Source: a virus
Lineage: Duplodnaviria > Heunggongvirae > Uroviricota > Caudoviricetes
IMG/VR virus record: IMGVR_UViG_2778261687_000001
Coordinates: 1-19,860 of that record
Direction: 5' to 3' (one strand)
Length of the DNA: 19,860 nt
Below, in pieces: positions 1 to 7,252 of the stretch. Below the pieces are notes generated by a model. It did not search any database and was not told the DNA's origin. It saw only the letters and a list, made by a program, of their open reading frames with translations. Numbering within the stretch: position 1 is the first letter of the stretch; each line of letters begins with the position of its first letter. A program made the position numbers and the translations under genes.

Positions 1-356
1 ACCATGACAGCGTTCTGTACTTCAGGGGCCAGCTTGTCAAAAGTGACGTTCATCGGATCGGATTCAGTCTCAACCGGTACAAAGGAAGCAGACTCCTCAT
101 CCCAGCGGTTTTCCTGCATATATTCAGCATCCCAGGAATCGAGGGCAGGGCGGGGTATACCGGGTTTATCCTCGCAAACAAGAAATTTATAAGCGCAGTC
201 CTGAGCAGCCGGATAATGTTCCAGGAATTGCCAGTGAAATTTTGCGCGGGCGCGACGTTCATCACCGGCTTCAATGGCAGTGGCTACAGCGACTGCACCT
301 TCTTCCTTTATTGCCTGTTCGTCCGGAATGGCGGCGCAAATAAAGACTTTACTCAT
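1..356 (-). CDS. Hypothetical early-left protein, N-terminal 118 aa only (gene runs past the window start); YdfE-like by position
   Basis: Minus-strand ATG at 356-354 with GAGGT Shine-Dalgarno 8 nt upstream; open frame to window edge, translation MSKVFICAAIPDEQAIKEEG... Identity is by synteny only (downstream of the YdfD-like and DicB-like genes). Confidence 0.5.
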   Translation of the reverse strand, partial: MSKVFICAAIPDEQAIKEEGAVAVATAIEAGDERRARAKFHWQFLEHYPAAQDCAYKFLVCEDKPGIPRPALDSWDAEYMQENRWDEESASFVPVETESDPMNVTFDKLAPEVQNAVM

Positions 357-448
357 TTTGTTTTACCTCATTACAGATTTAAGGGTGAACAAATCCCTGC
401 CATTGCTGGCATATAAAAATGAAACCGGATATTTATTACGGTGCTGGT

Positions 449-640
449 TTAAAGCCCTGCCGGGACTTCGTTATTATCCATGCGAATAACTTTATCGACC
501 GGATAACAGTTACCGGGAATTTTCTGTTCCGCTGCGGCAGCCATGCATTCTTTCATTGAGCCGTATACGCCAGTAACCATGTCAACCGGTTCACCGGAAA
601 CAAGAAAAACCGTCAGAACAAGTGCAAATGTGGTATTCAT
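449..640 (-). CDS. ydfD: YdfD-like small membrane (lysis-associated) protein, 63 aa
   Basis: Internal ATG of track ORF 449..694 with AGGA upstream; translation MNTTFALVLTVFLVSGEPVD... has an N-terminal hydrophobic helix; start overlaps the upstream gene stop (ATGA); matches my recollection of Qin YdfD in length and sequence. Confidence 0.6.
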   Translation of the reverse strand: MNTTFALVLTVFLVSGEPVDMVTGVYGSMKECMAAAAEQKIPGNCYPVDKVIRMDNNEVPAGL

Positions 641-825
641 TGCCAGTATCCTTTTTGAGTCGGACGTAAACGGGCCAGCATAGAAAGAATGCAAATTTGA
701 TTTAATAACTCCCGTTCGTGTTTTCTCTTATTAATGGCATCTTCAGTAAATACAGGGTTACTGATTCTGACACCAATTTCAAAACAACCTTCAGACGTAT
801 TAACGTTTGGTAATAACGTTTCCAT
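637..825 (-). CDS. dicB: Cell-division inhibitor DicB-like protein, 62 aa
   Basis: Track ORF translation METLLPNVNTSEGCFEIGVRISNPVFTEDAINKRKHERELLNQICILSMLARLRPTQKGYWQ closely resembles DicB as I recall it (62 aa); sits just downstream of a DicF-like terminator hairpin, as in the Qin dicB operon. Confidence 0.7.
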   Translation of the reverse strand: METLLPNVNTSEGCFEIGVRISNPVFTEDAINKRKHERELLNQICILSMLARLRPTQKGYWQ

Positions 826-1002
826 TATCGCGTCCTCAACAATGAATTTTGTGATGCGGTGCCTGGTGCCTCCAGGTGACGTTAACCAGTTAACAATTAA
901 CGCCGGATACAGGGAAACCCATAAACACCCGATACGGGGGAACTAATCGCTTTTTAACTGTTCCGCGTGCGCTCAGCCGCATTCACCGCATCACAAAATT
1001 CA

Positions 1003-1066
1003 CTTTAAAAAGGGCGGACATCAGCCAGCAATGAAACTGATGCCGCCAAAGGTACAAATCAACATG
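1003..1066 (-). ncRNA. dicF: DicF-like small RNA (3' intrinsic terminator plus upstream UUUGGCGG...AUCAGUUU core)
   Basis: Minus-strand RNA reads ...UUGAUUUGUACCUUUGGCGGCAUCAGUUUCAUUGCUGGCUGAUGUCCGCCCUUUUU; stem GGCGGCAUCAG/CUGAUG-CCGCC followed by U5. It shares the UUUGGCGG, AUCAGUUU and GCCGCCCUUUUU-type blocks with E. coli DicF as I recall it and sits immediately upstream of dicB. Ends are approximate. Confidence 0.4.
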
Positions 1067-1361
1067 GAGTGTTGTAGCGGGGTTGTCACTCAGGCGTATG
1101 GTCAACCTGACAACCCGGTGCTACCAGTGGGGGTAAGGATAACCCCGCCATACTTACCGCCGCGCCATTTCGCGGAGTGCCACAACCGGAAGCGCACGGT
1201 CGAAGATACCGGCGACACGCAACAGAGGGAGAAATGACTTCGCCGTGCGCTTTCGTGTTGTGTGCCTGCTTTTAACCACGTCAGGCGAGGTGGTTCCTGT
1301 CATTCCCCAACGACAAGAAATCTGTATAATCTGGATATCCCCAACGATCCAAGGAAATCAT

Positions 1362-1508
1362 ATGACAGAGCAAAGAGCACAAGCAGGTGGTGGCAATTCG
1401 ACACATAAAACAGTCTGGGATCACATACCAGAGAAAAACATTCGACCAAAACCATCTCCAGCTCCTTCGGAGGAGAGGGGGAACAGCAACAACCAAACAA
1501 GCAGGTGA
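1362..1508 (+). CDS. Possible small leader ORF (48 aa, hydrophilic, low complexity)
   Basis: ATG at 1362 with AAGGAAA Shine-Dalgarno; extended -10 TGTATAAT at about 1322-1331. Composition (MTEQRAQAGGGNSTHK...) is not convincingly protein-like, so this may be an untranslated leader. Confidence 0.25.
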   Translation: MTEQRAQAGGGNSTHKTVWDHIPEKNIRPKPSPAPSEERGNSNNQTSR

Positions 1509-1514
1509 TGATGT

Positions 1515-1961
1515 ATGGACCGGGATGATATTCTTGACAGAATTTTATATGGCTATTTTCTTGAGCAACTATTTTCTGTAGCGACTGGTCGTCTCGATAA
1601 ACTTCTCTCAGTGGTGAGTATTATCCTCGGTTCATCTGTCATTGGCGGATTCATTCCGGAAATTTCTGGCGTTTTTATTGTTGTGATCGCAACCGTCCAA
1701 ACGATTTATGGATTCGGACAAAAGTCAGGTAACGCCATGAGAAAATCCGCAGAATATTTGCAGCTTTTTGATGATGCAGAAAAATATTCTGATTCTGAAT
1801 TGAAAATGCAGTTAAAAATTCTGGAAAAAACGGATGATCATATTTGGTCATCACTTAAAGATATTGCGATCTTAAAAACACAGATCAAAATAGGCGTTTC
1901 CATCGAACAACAAGAGAAGCTGCCCACAAAATCTAAATTGATGCGATTTCTTTGTGGTTAG
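1515..1961 (+). CDS. Two-TM inner-membrane protein, 148 aa; candidate superinfection-exclusion (SieB-like topology) protein
   Basis: Track ORF with AGGTGA Shine-Dalgarno 7 nt upstream; two adjacent hydrophobic helices (about residues 30-67) then an 80-aa charged C-terminal region; opposite strand to the surrounding early-left genes, at the position where Rac carries sieB. Family assignment is topology and synteny only. Confidence 0.55.
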   Translation: MDRDDILDRILYGYFLEQLFSVATGRLDKLLSVVSIILGSSVIGGFIPEISGVFIVVIATVQTIYGFGQKSGNAMRKSAEYLQLFDDAEKYSDSELKMQLKILEKTDDHIWSSLKDIAILKTQIKIGVSIEQQEKLPTKSKLMRFLCG

Positions 1962-2039
1962 GAATATCCAGAATGTTAAAGAGCATGCCGGAGATTTATC
2001 CGTGTCCGGCGCATGTTCTCCACCTCACCCGTGGAGAAC

Positions 2040-2426
2040 TTAATGATTAATTGATATTTTATAGTTGGCTTCAACTTTCCCATCTGAAGTGGGATGCTTT
2101 AAATCACAGGAATTAATGTTGCACTCAGTAAAATGGTTTTTAAGGGGTTCTATTCGAATCCCTTTCTTTTCCATCAACAAACCAAACCCCTTGTTAATGA
2201 TATCCATTAATTCCAGGAAGTATTTTTCAGAGGAATCATGCTTATCAGAGTGCTGCTTCTCTTCGTACAACCCGATAAAGGCACGGCGCACGTTACCGGA
2301 TATATTATCTATGGTTTCTTTTTCTACGGTACTCAGGTCAAGAGTCGCCAATTGAGAACGAACTATATTCGCTGCCATTTCCTGGAAAGGTGTTGGTAAA
2401 TCTTTAAATTCCATCGTTAATCTCAT
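2040..2426 (-). CDS. Hypothetical protein, 128 aa, AT-rich
   Basis: Track ORF; start ATG overlaps the stop of the upstream YdfA-like gene (TGATG); convergent with 1515..1961 and separated from it by two hairpins (1988-2011 and 2014-2035). No family recognised. Confidence 0.55.
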   Translation of the reverse strand: MRLTMEFKDLPTPFQEMAANIVRSQLATLDLSTVEKETIDNISGNVRRAFIGLYEEKQHSDKHDSSEKYFLELMDIINKGFGLLMEKKGIRIEPLKNHFTECNINSCDLKHPTSDGKVEANYKISINH

Positions 2427-2578
2427 CAGTCAGTATTTCTGGATAACCAGCGACGCGCGCCAGCTTCGGTTTTAAACGTTTTGCTTTTGGTATACGTCAT
2501 CGCGGTGAACGTACCGTCCTGGTTGGGAAACACGCCACATACCAGAGATTCGCTGTTGCCAAGATCGATAGTATCCAT
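2426..2578 (-). CDS. Small YdfA/YdaF-like (DUF1391-type) protein, 50 aa
   Basis: Internal ATG at 2578-2576 with GAGGT 4 nt upstream; translation MDTIDLGNSESLVCGVFPNQDGTFTAMTYTKSKTFKTEAGARRWLSRNTD; first gene of the leftward operon next to an operator-like repeat region. Confidence 0.5.
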   Translation of the reverse strand: MDTIDLGNSESLVCGVFPNQDGTFTAMTYTKSKTFKTEAGARRWLSRNTD

Positions 2579-2754
2579 GTTGACCTCATTTCCCCTTAAC
2601 GCCGGGGTAGCGGAACAAAAACCTGCTGCATAGTTAAAGTTGAACCCTGCCGTCATGTTCTTACGCCTCGGGCTGGCTACTTAACCCCTGACCACTGCCT
2701 GGTAACTCGAAGTATTGCCCGGCGTTCTGTGGGGCGGGGTGGGTTGGTAAAACA

Positions 2755-2805
2755 AAGGATGCACTTTAAAAGTTATTATGTCAACACTTATAAAGTTAGT
2801 TTTAT
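2755..2805 (-). promoter_or_regulatory. OL-like operator/promoter region for the leftward early operon
   Basis: Minus strand reads ...TATAAGTGTTGACATAATAACTTTTAAAGTG...: a consensus TTGACA plus AAGTGTTGA and TTTAAAGTG motifs that recur in the repressor-cro intergenic region. No good -10 was identified, so promoter placement is tentative. Confidence 0.3.
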
Positions 2806-2859
2806 GTGTTCAAAAAACGCCTTGATGTGAAGCGGTTCTGCGAAAAGAAGGGGGAGGTA

Positions 2860-3141
2860 TTATCTGGGAAACTGACGTCTGGCGTGTACGATACTTACAA
2901 TTTCAATACTTGAAGCGGCCACACGGTAAAGAATTATATAATTAGGGTGGGCCACAATCTCACGCAAGCCAGGCACTCTGTCGCTTGGTGGATATAAATA
3001 CGGATGCTCAGATAACGGCAGTACGCAAGCTCTTAAGCGCTTCCACAAACGTTCTGCCGCATCTATGTCGAAACGTGCAATATAACTAGTTATATCATCT
3101 AGGTCGGCATCTGCGCTTTCAAGCCATAACACGGGTAACAT
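2860..3141 (-). CDS. RelE/ParE-family type II toxin, 93 aa
   Basis: Track ORF MLPVLWLESADADLDDITSYIARFDIDAAERLW...HARRQFPR; typical size and residue pattern of the ParE/RelE superfamily; lies 3 bp downstream of a small antitoxin-sized gene. Confidence 0.65.
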   Translation of the reverse strand: MLPVLWLESADADLDDITSYIARFDIDAAERLWKRLRACVLPLSEHPYLYPPSDRVPGLREIVAHPNYIILYRVAASSIEIVSIVHARRQFPR

Positions 3142-3144
3142 TTA

Positions 3145-3333
3145 CTACTTGCTCCGTTCCTTGCGTATTTTAGCAAAGCGTTCTGCCATTCTGCGCTCAA
3201 CCTCGTCATGGGGAATTGCTGGGCGCGGATCTGCAAGGCTTGCTGCTACTTTCGCACGCAGCCATTCGTTGTAACTGTTTTCTTGTTCAATGGTTTCAAA
3301 CTCAGAAACCATTGGTGAAAGGGCTGTATTCAT
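3145..3333 (-). CDS. Putative type II antitoxin, 62 aa
   Basis: Internal ATG at 3333-3331 with GAGGT 7 nt upstream; small charged protein (MNTALSPMVSEFETIEQENSYNEWLRAKVAASLADPRPAIPHDEVERRMAERFAKIRKERSK) immediately upstream of the ParE-like toxin and immediately downstream of the repressor gene. Confidence 0.5.
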   Translation of the reverse strand: MNTALSPMVSEFETIEQENSYNEWLRAKVAASLADPRPAIPHDEVERRMAERFAKIRKERSK

Positions 3334-3362
3334 TACATACCTCATCTTATGGATGATATAGA

Positions 3363-3770
3363 TTATGCTCGATGCCCTTTCTGGGCTGCGAGCCACCGTG
3401 CGACAGTGCGATCCATTGACTCTTTTTTGTCTTTCATATCTTTTAACATTTGTTCTTGATCTTCCTCTGGAAATGCTCCGAAAGTTTGAAGCAATTCTCT
3501 TTGTCTGGGACCTATTTTCATTGTATCAGGCACTACGACTTGCTCTTCTTCGCTTGGCGGTAACATAAACCAATACGGAGGAAAGCCCGTCACTTCGGAA
3601 AGCTTATCGAGATTAGCCGTTGATGGGCTTGTGATGCCATGAACCCACTTTTGGACCGATTGTTGGGCAACACCAATCCTGCGGGCTAGTTCTGCCTGCT
3701 TAAGTCCTGTTTTTTCCAGCACCAATTTTATTCGGTACGTGGTTATTTCAAGGGTAGTCATTCGCTTCAT
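3363..3770 (-). CDS. Prophage repressor, DicA/RacR-like HTH-XRE, 135 aa
   Basis: N-terminal HTH (LKQAELARRIGVAQQSVQKWVHG) and a C-terminal region resembling DicA as I recall it (RELLQTFGAFPEEDQEQ...); divergent from the Cro-like gene across operator repeats. Confidence 0.8.
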   Translation of the reverse strand: MKRMTTLEITTYRIKLVLEKTGLKQAELARRIGVAQQSVQKWVHGITSPSTANLDKLSEVTGFPPYWFMLPPSEEEQVVVPDTMKIGPRQRELLQTFGAFPEEDQEQMLKDMKDKKESMDRTVARWLAAQKGHRA

Positions 3771-3877
3771 GCATTCATTTTACATAAAAAAAGTGTAACT
3801 AGTACAAACAGCTTTAAAGTGTTGATTGTGTAACTTTAAAAGTGTATAAATCATGGCAATTCATTGGAGTTAACGAT
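3771..3877. promoter_or_regulatory. OR-like divergent promoter/operator region between repressor and cro-like gene
   Basis: Rightward promoter TTGATT (3822-3827), 17-bp spacer, TATAAA (3845-3850); repeated GTGTAAC and AAGTGT motifs (3791-3799, 3816-3835, 3839-3850); a TAAAAT -10 on the minus strand about 6 nt before the repressor ATG. Confidence 0.5.
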
Positions 3878-4156
3878 ATGCATGAATGTTTAAAAAATAA
3901 AATTCATCAAAAAGGGTTATCCCAAGCAGGTATTGCTCGTTTGATTGGATTACCGCAGCAGGTTGTGTCCCGATGGGCTAATGGGCATCAGATTCCTGCA
4001 TCAAGGGTTTTGCAACTATGCGAGATTATGGAGTGGACGGTTACCCCCCACGAACTTCGTCCTGACATTTACCCCAACCCAACAGACGGGCTGCCTTGTG
4101 GAAATAAGTGTATGGCGAATGAATCACTGGCGGTGAACAATGAAAATCACCCCTGA
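3878..4156 (+). CDS. Cro/YdaS-like HTH regulator, 92 aa
   Basis: ATG at 3878 with GGAG 8 nt upstream; HTH (LSQAGIARLIGLPQQVVSRWANG) and the TPHELRPDIYP motif typical of YdaS-family Cro-like proteins. Confidence 0.7.
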   Translation: MHECLKNKIHQKGLSQAGIARLIGLPQQVVSRWANGHQIPASRVLQLCEIMEWTVTPHELRPDIYPNPTDGLPCGNKCMANESLAVNNENHP

Positions 4157-4661
4157 ACAGGTTTGTGAGGCTCTGGATGCCTGGGTATGCCGACCAGGAA
4201 TGACACAGGAGCAGGCGACGATATTAATCACGGAAGCATTCTGGGCTCTGAAAGAACGCCCGAACATCGATGTTCAACGCGTCACGTTTGATGATGGCGC
4301 GGTTGATCAACGGGCGCTGGGCGTTAACCGGGTGAAGATTTTCGAACGCTGGAAAACTATCGACACCAGGGATAAGCGTGAAAAATTCACGGCGCTGATT
4401 CCGGCAATTATGGAGGCTATCCGGATCAGTGATTTCAGGTTGTATTGTGAAATTACTGACGGAAAAAGCATTACGTACATGATCGCCGGGTTAAACAAAG
4501 AATATGGCGAAGTGGTGGAGTCCGGGCTGCTTTTTGCGGATCCAGCCATTGTGGAGCGTGAAGCTGACGAGCTAATAGAAAAAGCCATAGCTTTCAAGCG
4601 TGCGTATCGTCAGCAATATCAACAAAAAGCCGGATGGAATTATGAGTCTCCTTTTTGCTGA
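4140..4661 (+). CDS. YdaT-family protein (CII-position regulator/toxin-like), 173 aa
   Basis: Track ORF overlapping the cro-like stop; position and size match ydaT-type genes that follow ydaS in Rac-like prophages. Confidence 0.6.
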   Translation: MKITPEQVCEALDAWVCRPGMTQEQATILITEAFWALKERPNIDVQRVTFDDGAVDQRALGVNRVKIFERWKTIDTRDKREKFTALIPAIMEAIRISDFRLYCEITDGKSITYMIAGLNKEYGEVVESGLLFADPAIVEREADELIEKAIAFKRAYRQQYQQKAGWNYESPFC

Positions 4662-5607
4662 ACGCCCGCTGGTTATAAACACGCAGCTGGCGATGAAAAT
4701 TGGTCTGAACGAAGCCATCGTGTTGCAGCAGCTGCATTACTGGTTGAGAGATACCAGTTCCGGCATGGAATGTGATGGTGTTCGCTGGATTTATAACACA
4801 ACTGAACAATGGCTGGAACAGTTCCCGTTCTGGTCAGAGTCAACGTTAAAACGCGCATTTGCAAGTCTGAAAACGCTGGGGCTTTTGCGTTGCGAAAAGC
4901 TCAATAAATCAAAGCGCGATATGACTAATTTCTACACGATCAATTACGAGAGCAAGCTTTTAGATGATGGCAAATTGAGCGAATCCATCAGGTCAAAATG
5001 CGCCGCTCCATCAGGTCAAAATGACACGATGGAAGAGGCCAAAATGACACACCCCATTGGTTCAAAACGACCCAATGTCATCGGGTCAAAATGGCCCGAT
5101 GATCCTACAGAGATTACTACAGAGATTACTACAGAGAATAAAAACACTTCTTGTCCGGAAGCTTCGCAACCGGACGAGGAGACGGCTGAACAGGATTTTT
5201 TAACCCGACATCCTGACGCGGTTGTGTTCAGTGCGAAAAAACGCCAGTGGGGCAGCCAGGAAGATTTGACGTGTGCGCAGTGGATCTGGGGGCGAATCGT
5301 GAGTCTTTACGAACAGGCTGCCAGCGATGATGGCGAGATCACGCGACCGAAAGAACCCAACTGGACCGCATGGGCCAATGACGTGCGCACAATGCGGATG
5401 CTGGATGGCAGAACTCACAGGCAAATTTGCGAAATGTTCAGTCGGGTACAACGGGATCCATTCTGGGTAAAAAACGTCATGAGCCCGTCAAAGCTTCGCG
5501 AAAAATGGGATGAGCTGGTTATTCGTCTGGGACGTTCGCCTGTACAGCGTTGTGTGAATCACATTTCTGAACCGGACACCGAAATTCCGCCGGGATTCAG
5601 GGGGTAA
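4642..5607 (+). CDS. Replication initiator (lambda O-like replisome organiser), about 321 aa
   Basis: N-terminal winged-helix-like region (ERPLVINTQLAMKIGLNEAIVLQQLHYWL); direct DNA repeats (iterons) inside the coding sequence; followed by the DnaC-like loader. Start may instead be GTG at 4600. Confidence 0.75.
   Translation: MSLLFAERPLVINTQLAMKIGLNEAIVLQQLHYWLRDTSSGMECDGVRWIYNTTEQWLEQFPFWSESTLKRAFASLKTLGLLRCEKLNKSKRDMTNFYTINYESKLLDDGKLSESIRSKCAAPSGQNDTMEEAKMTHPIGSKRPNVIGSKWPDDPTEITTEITTENKNTSCPEASQPDEETAEQDFLTRHPDAVVFSAKKRQWGSQEDLTCAQWIWGRIVSLYEQAASDDGEITRPKEPNWTAWANDVRTMRMLDGRTHRQICEMFSRVQRDPFWVKNVMSPSKLREKWDELVIRLGRSPVQRCVNHISEPDTEIPPGFRG
4986..5136. repeat. Origin-like iteron array (CATCAGGTCAAAATG-type repeats, about 22-bp period) followed by tandem 12-bp ACAGAGATTACT repeats
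   Basis: Exact CATCAGGTCAAAATG at 4986-5000 and 5008-5022, variant CATCGGGTCAAAATG at 5078-5092 and degenerate copies between; ACAGAGATTACT tandem at 5107-5136; all inside the O-like gene, as for lambda ori. Confidence 0.55.
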
Positions 5608-5613
5608 CGGGTT

Positions 5614-6360
5614 ATGAAAAATATTGCTGCAGGTGGTGTTCTTGAACGCATCCGTAAGCTGGCCCCGCAGCATGTAACCGCACCGTACCGGACAGTGGAC
5701 GAGTGGAGAGAGTGGCAGCTTGCAGAAGGGCGAAAGCGTAGTGAGGAAATTAACCGCCAGAATCGCCAGATCCGGGTGGAGAAAATTATGAAGCGTTCCG
5801 GTATCCAACTGTTGCACCAGAAGTGTTCGTTTGCGAATTACCTGGTGAAGAACGATGGCCAACGCCACGCGCTGAGCCAGGCAAAATCCATCGCGGAAGA
5901 AATGATGACCGGATGCACAAATTTCGTGTTCAGCGGTAAGCCGGGTACCGGAAAGAATCATCTGGCAGCAGCCATTGGCAACCATCTTCTGGCGAAAGGT
6001 CGCAGCGTGATTGTGGTGACGGTGGCGGATGTGATGCTGGCGTTACACGGCAACTACGACAACAAAAACTCGGGCGAAAAGTTTTTACAGGGGTTGTGTG
6101 AAGTTGACCTGCTTGTCCTGGATGAAATTGGTATGCAGCGGGATACGCGTAACGAACAGGTCACACTGAACCAGATAGTCGATCGCAGAACGGCCTCGAT
6201 GCACAGCGTCGGGATGCTGACGAACCTGAACCATACGGCAATGAATACGCTGCTTGGTGAGCGCGTGATGGACCGCATGACCATGAACGGTGGTCGCTGG
6301 GTGAATTTTAACTGGGAGAGCTGGCGTTCAAATGTCAGTCATTTAAGGGTTGTGAAGTAA
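5614..6360 (+). CDS. DnaC-like helicase loader (IstB-type AAA+ ATPase; lambda P functional analogue)
   Basis: Walker A GKPGTGKNHLAAAIG and Walker B DLLVLDEIG; immediately follows the initiator gene. Confidence 0.85.
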   Translation: MKNIAAGGVLERIRKLAPQHVTAPYRTVDEWREWQLAEGRKRSEEINRQNRQIRVEKIMKRSGIQLLHQKCSFANYLVKNDGQRHALSQAKSIAEEMMTGCTNFVFSGKPGTGKNHLAAAIGNHLLAKGRSVIVVTVADVMLALHGNYDNKNSGEKFLQGLCEVDLLVLDEIGMQRDTRNEQVTLNQIVDRRTASMHSVGMLTNLNHTAMNTLLGERVMDRMTMNGGRWVNFNWESWRSNVSHLRVVK

Positions 6361-6374
6361 TTTCAGGAGGACTC

Positions 6375-6767
6375 ATGGCAAGCGTTTTTACACCTGAACA
6401 GCGGGAAGAACTGAAGGCACGAATTATCGGGCTGGTACACAGGAACAAACGCATGACGATGTCGCAACTGGAGAGTGCAACGGGGGCTGGCTGGCATACG
6501 GTCAGACGTTGTCTTGTGGATGTGGTTGCTTGTGGTGATTTGTACATATCCGGTAAATACGGTGTTTTTGTATCAGAACAGGCGTATCAGGCGTGGTGTA
6601 AAACTCCGAAGAAAGCTGACCCGGCACTGGTCCGGAAGTTACCTGATGGTGAAATCCGTCGCTACGACAGAGACATGAACATAATTTGCCGGGAATGCCG
6701 TAACAGCGAATCAATGCAACGTGTACTGGCGTTCTATCGGGGTAATTTTCAGGAGGTGATGGAGTGA
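6375..6767 (+). CDS. Hypothetical nin-region protein, 130 aa
   Basis: Track ORF with AGGAGG Shine-Dalgarno; no family recognised. Confidence 0.6.
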   Translation: MASVFTPEQREELKARIIGLVHRNKRMTMSQLESATGAGWHTVRRCLVDVVACGDLYISGKYGVFVSEQAYQAWCKTPKKADPALVRKLPDGEIRRYDRDMNIICRECRNSESMQRVLAFYRGNFQEVME

Positions 6768-7060
6768 GGGTGAGGGTTTATATCGCCGGTCCGATGACCG
6801 GGTATAAAAATTTCAACCGTGAGGCGTTCCACAAGGCAGAAGAGGAACTGAAACGGGAGGGGCATACAGTCTTAAATCCGGCAGTACTTCCGGACGGACT
6901 GACTCAGTTGCAGTACATGGATATCTGCATGGCGATGATACGTTGCGTGGATGCGATTTACATGCTGAATGGCTGGCAGCGGTCGGCGGGTGCCAGGGCA
7001 GAACTGGCACTGGCGGAGAAGCTGGGGCATGCGGTTATTTTACAGAAGGCGATGCAGTGA
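6764..7060 (+). CDS. DUF4406-like (nucleoside 2-deoxyribosyltransferase-like fold) protein, 98 aa
   Basis: Translation VRVYIAGPMTGYKNFNREAF...VLNP...YMLNGWQRSAGARAELALA fits the DUF4406 pattern as I know it; GTG start with GGAGG upstream. Confidence 0.6.
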   Translation: MRVRVYIAGPMTGYKNFNREAFHKAEEELKREGHTVLNPAVLPDGLTQLQYMDICMAMIRCVDAIYMLNGWQRSAGARAELALAEKLGHAVILQKAMQ

Positions 7061-7062
7061 AT

Positions 7063-7239
7063 ATGTTCTGGATAATCAAAATTGAGCTGTTTGTTATTGT
7101 ATTCCTGATCAGTGCATTTCTGGCAGCGGCTTTTATTATCTGGGAAAATCCTTTTCGACATATCAGTCCACTGTTTGCAATCAGGGTGTTAATAGCATCG
7201 GTTGTAGTGGTGTGGTTAATGTGTTTTGCATTATTTTAA
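7063..7239 (+). CDS. Small hydrophobic protein, 58 aa (two predicted TM helices)
   Basis: ATG at 7063 just after the upstream stop; strongly hydrophobic translation MFWIIKIELFVIVFLISAFLAAAFIIW...; weak Shine-Dalgarno. Confidence 0.35.
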   Translation: MFWIIKIELFVIVFLISAFLAAAFIIWENPFRHISPLFAIRVLIASVVVVWLMCFALF

Positions 7240-7252
7240 TGGAGTTAATGTT

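Noticed and set aside
734-1237. Plus-strand ORFs 734..946 and 1031..1237
   Set aside because: They overlap the DicB-like gene and the DicF-like RNA on the opposite strand; no Shine-Dalgarno and implausible translations.
1066-1300. Possible retron-like or other structured ncRNA in the GC-rich non-coding stretch upstream of the DicF-like RNA
   Set aside because: No reverse transcriptase gene nearby and no flanking a1/a2 inverted repeats; more simply the precursor region of the dicB-operon transcript.
3842-3877. Longer GTG-initiated version of the cro-like gene
   Set aside because: The GTG sits inside the promoter -10 region; the ATG at 3878 has a proper GGAG Shine-Dalgarno.
5488-5985. Minus-strand 165-aa ORF
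   Set aside because: Antisense to the initiator and DnaC-like genes, which have clear motifs; no Shine-Dalgarno.
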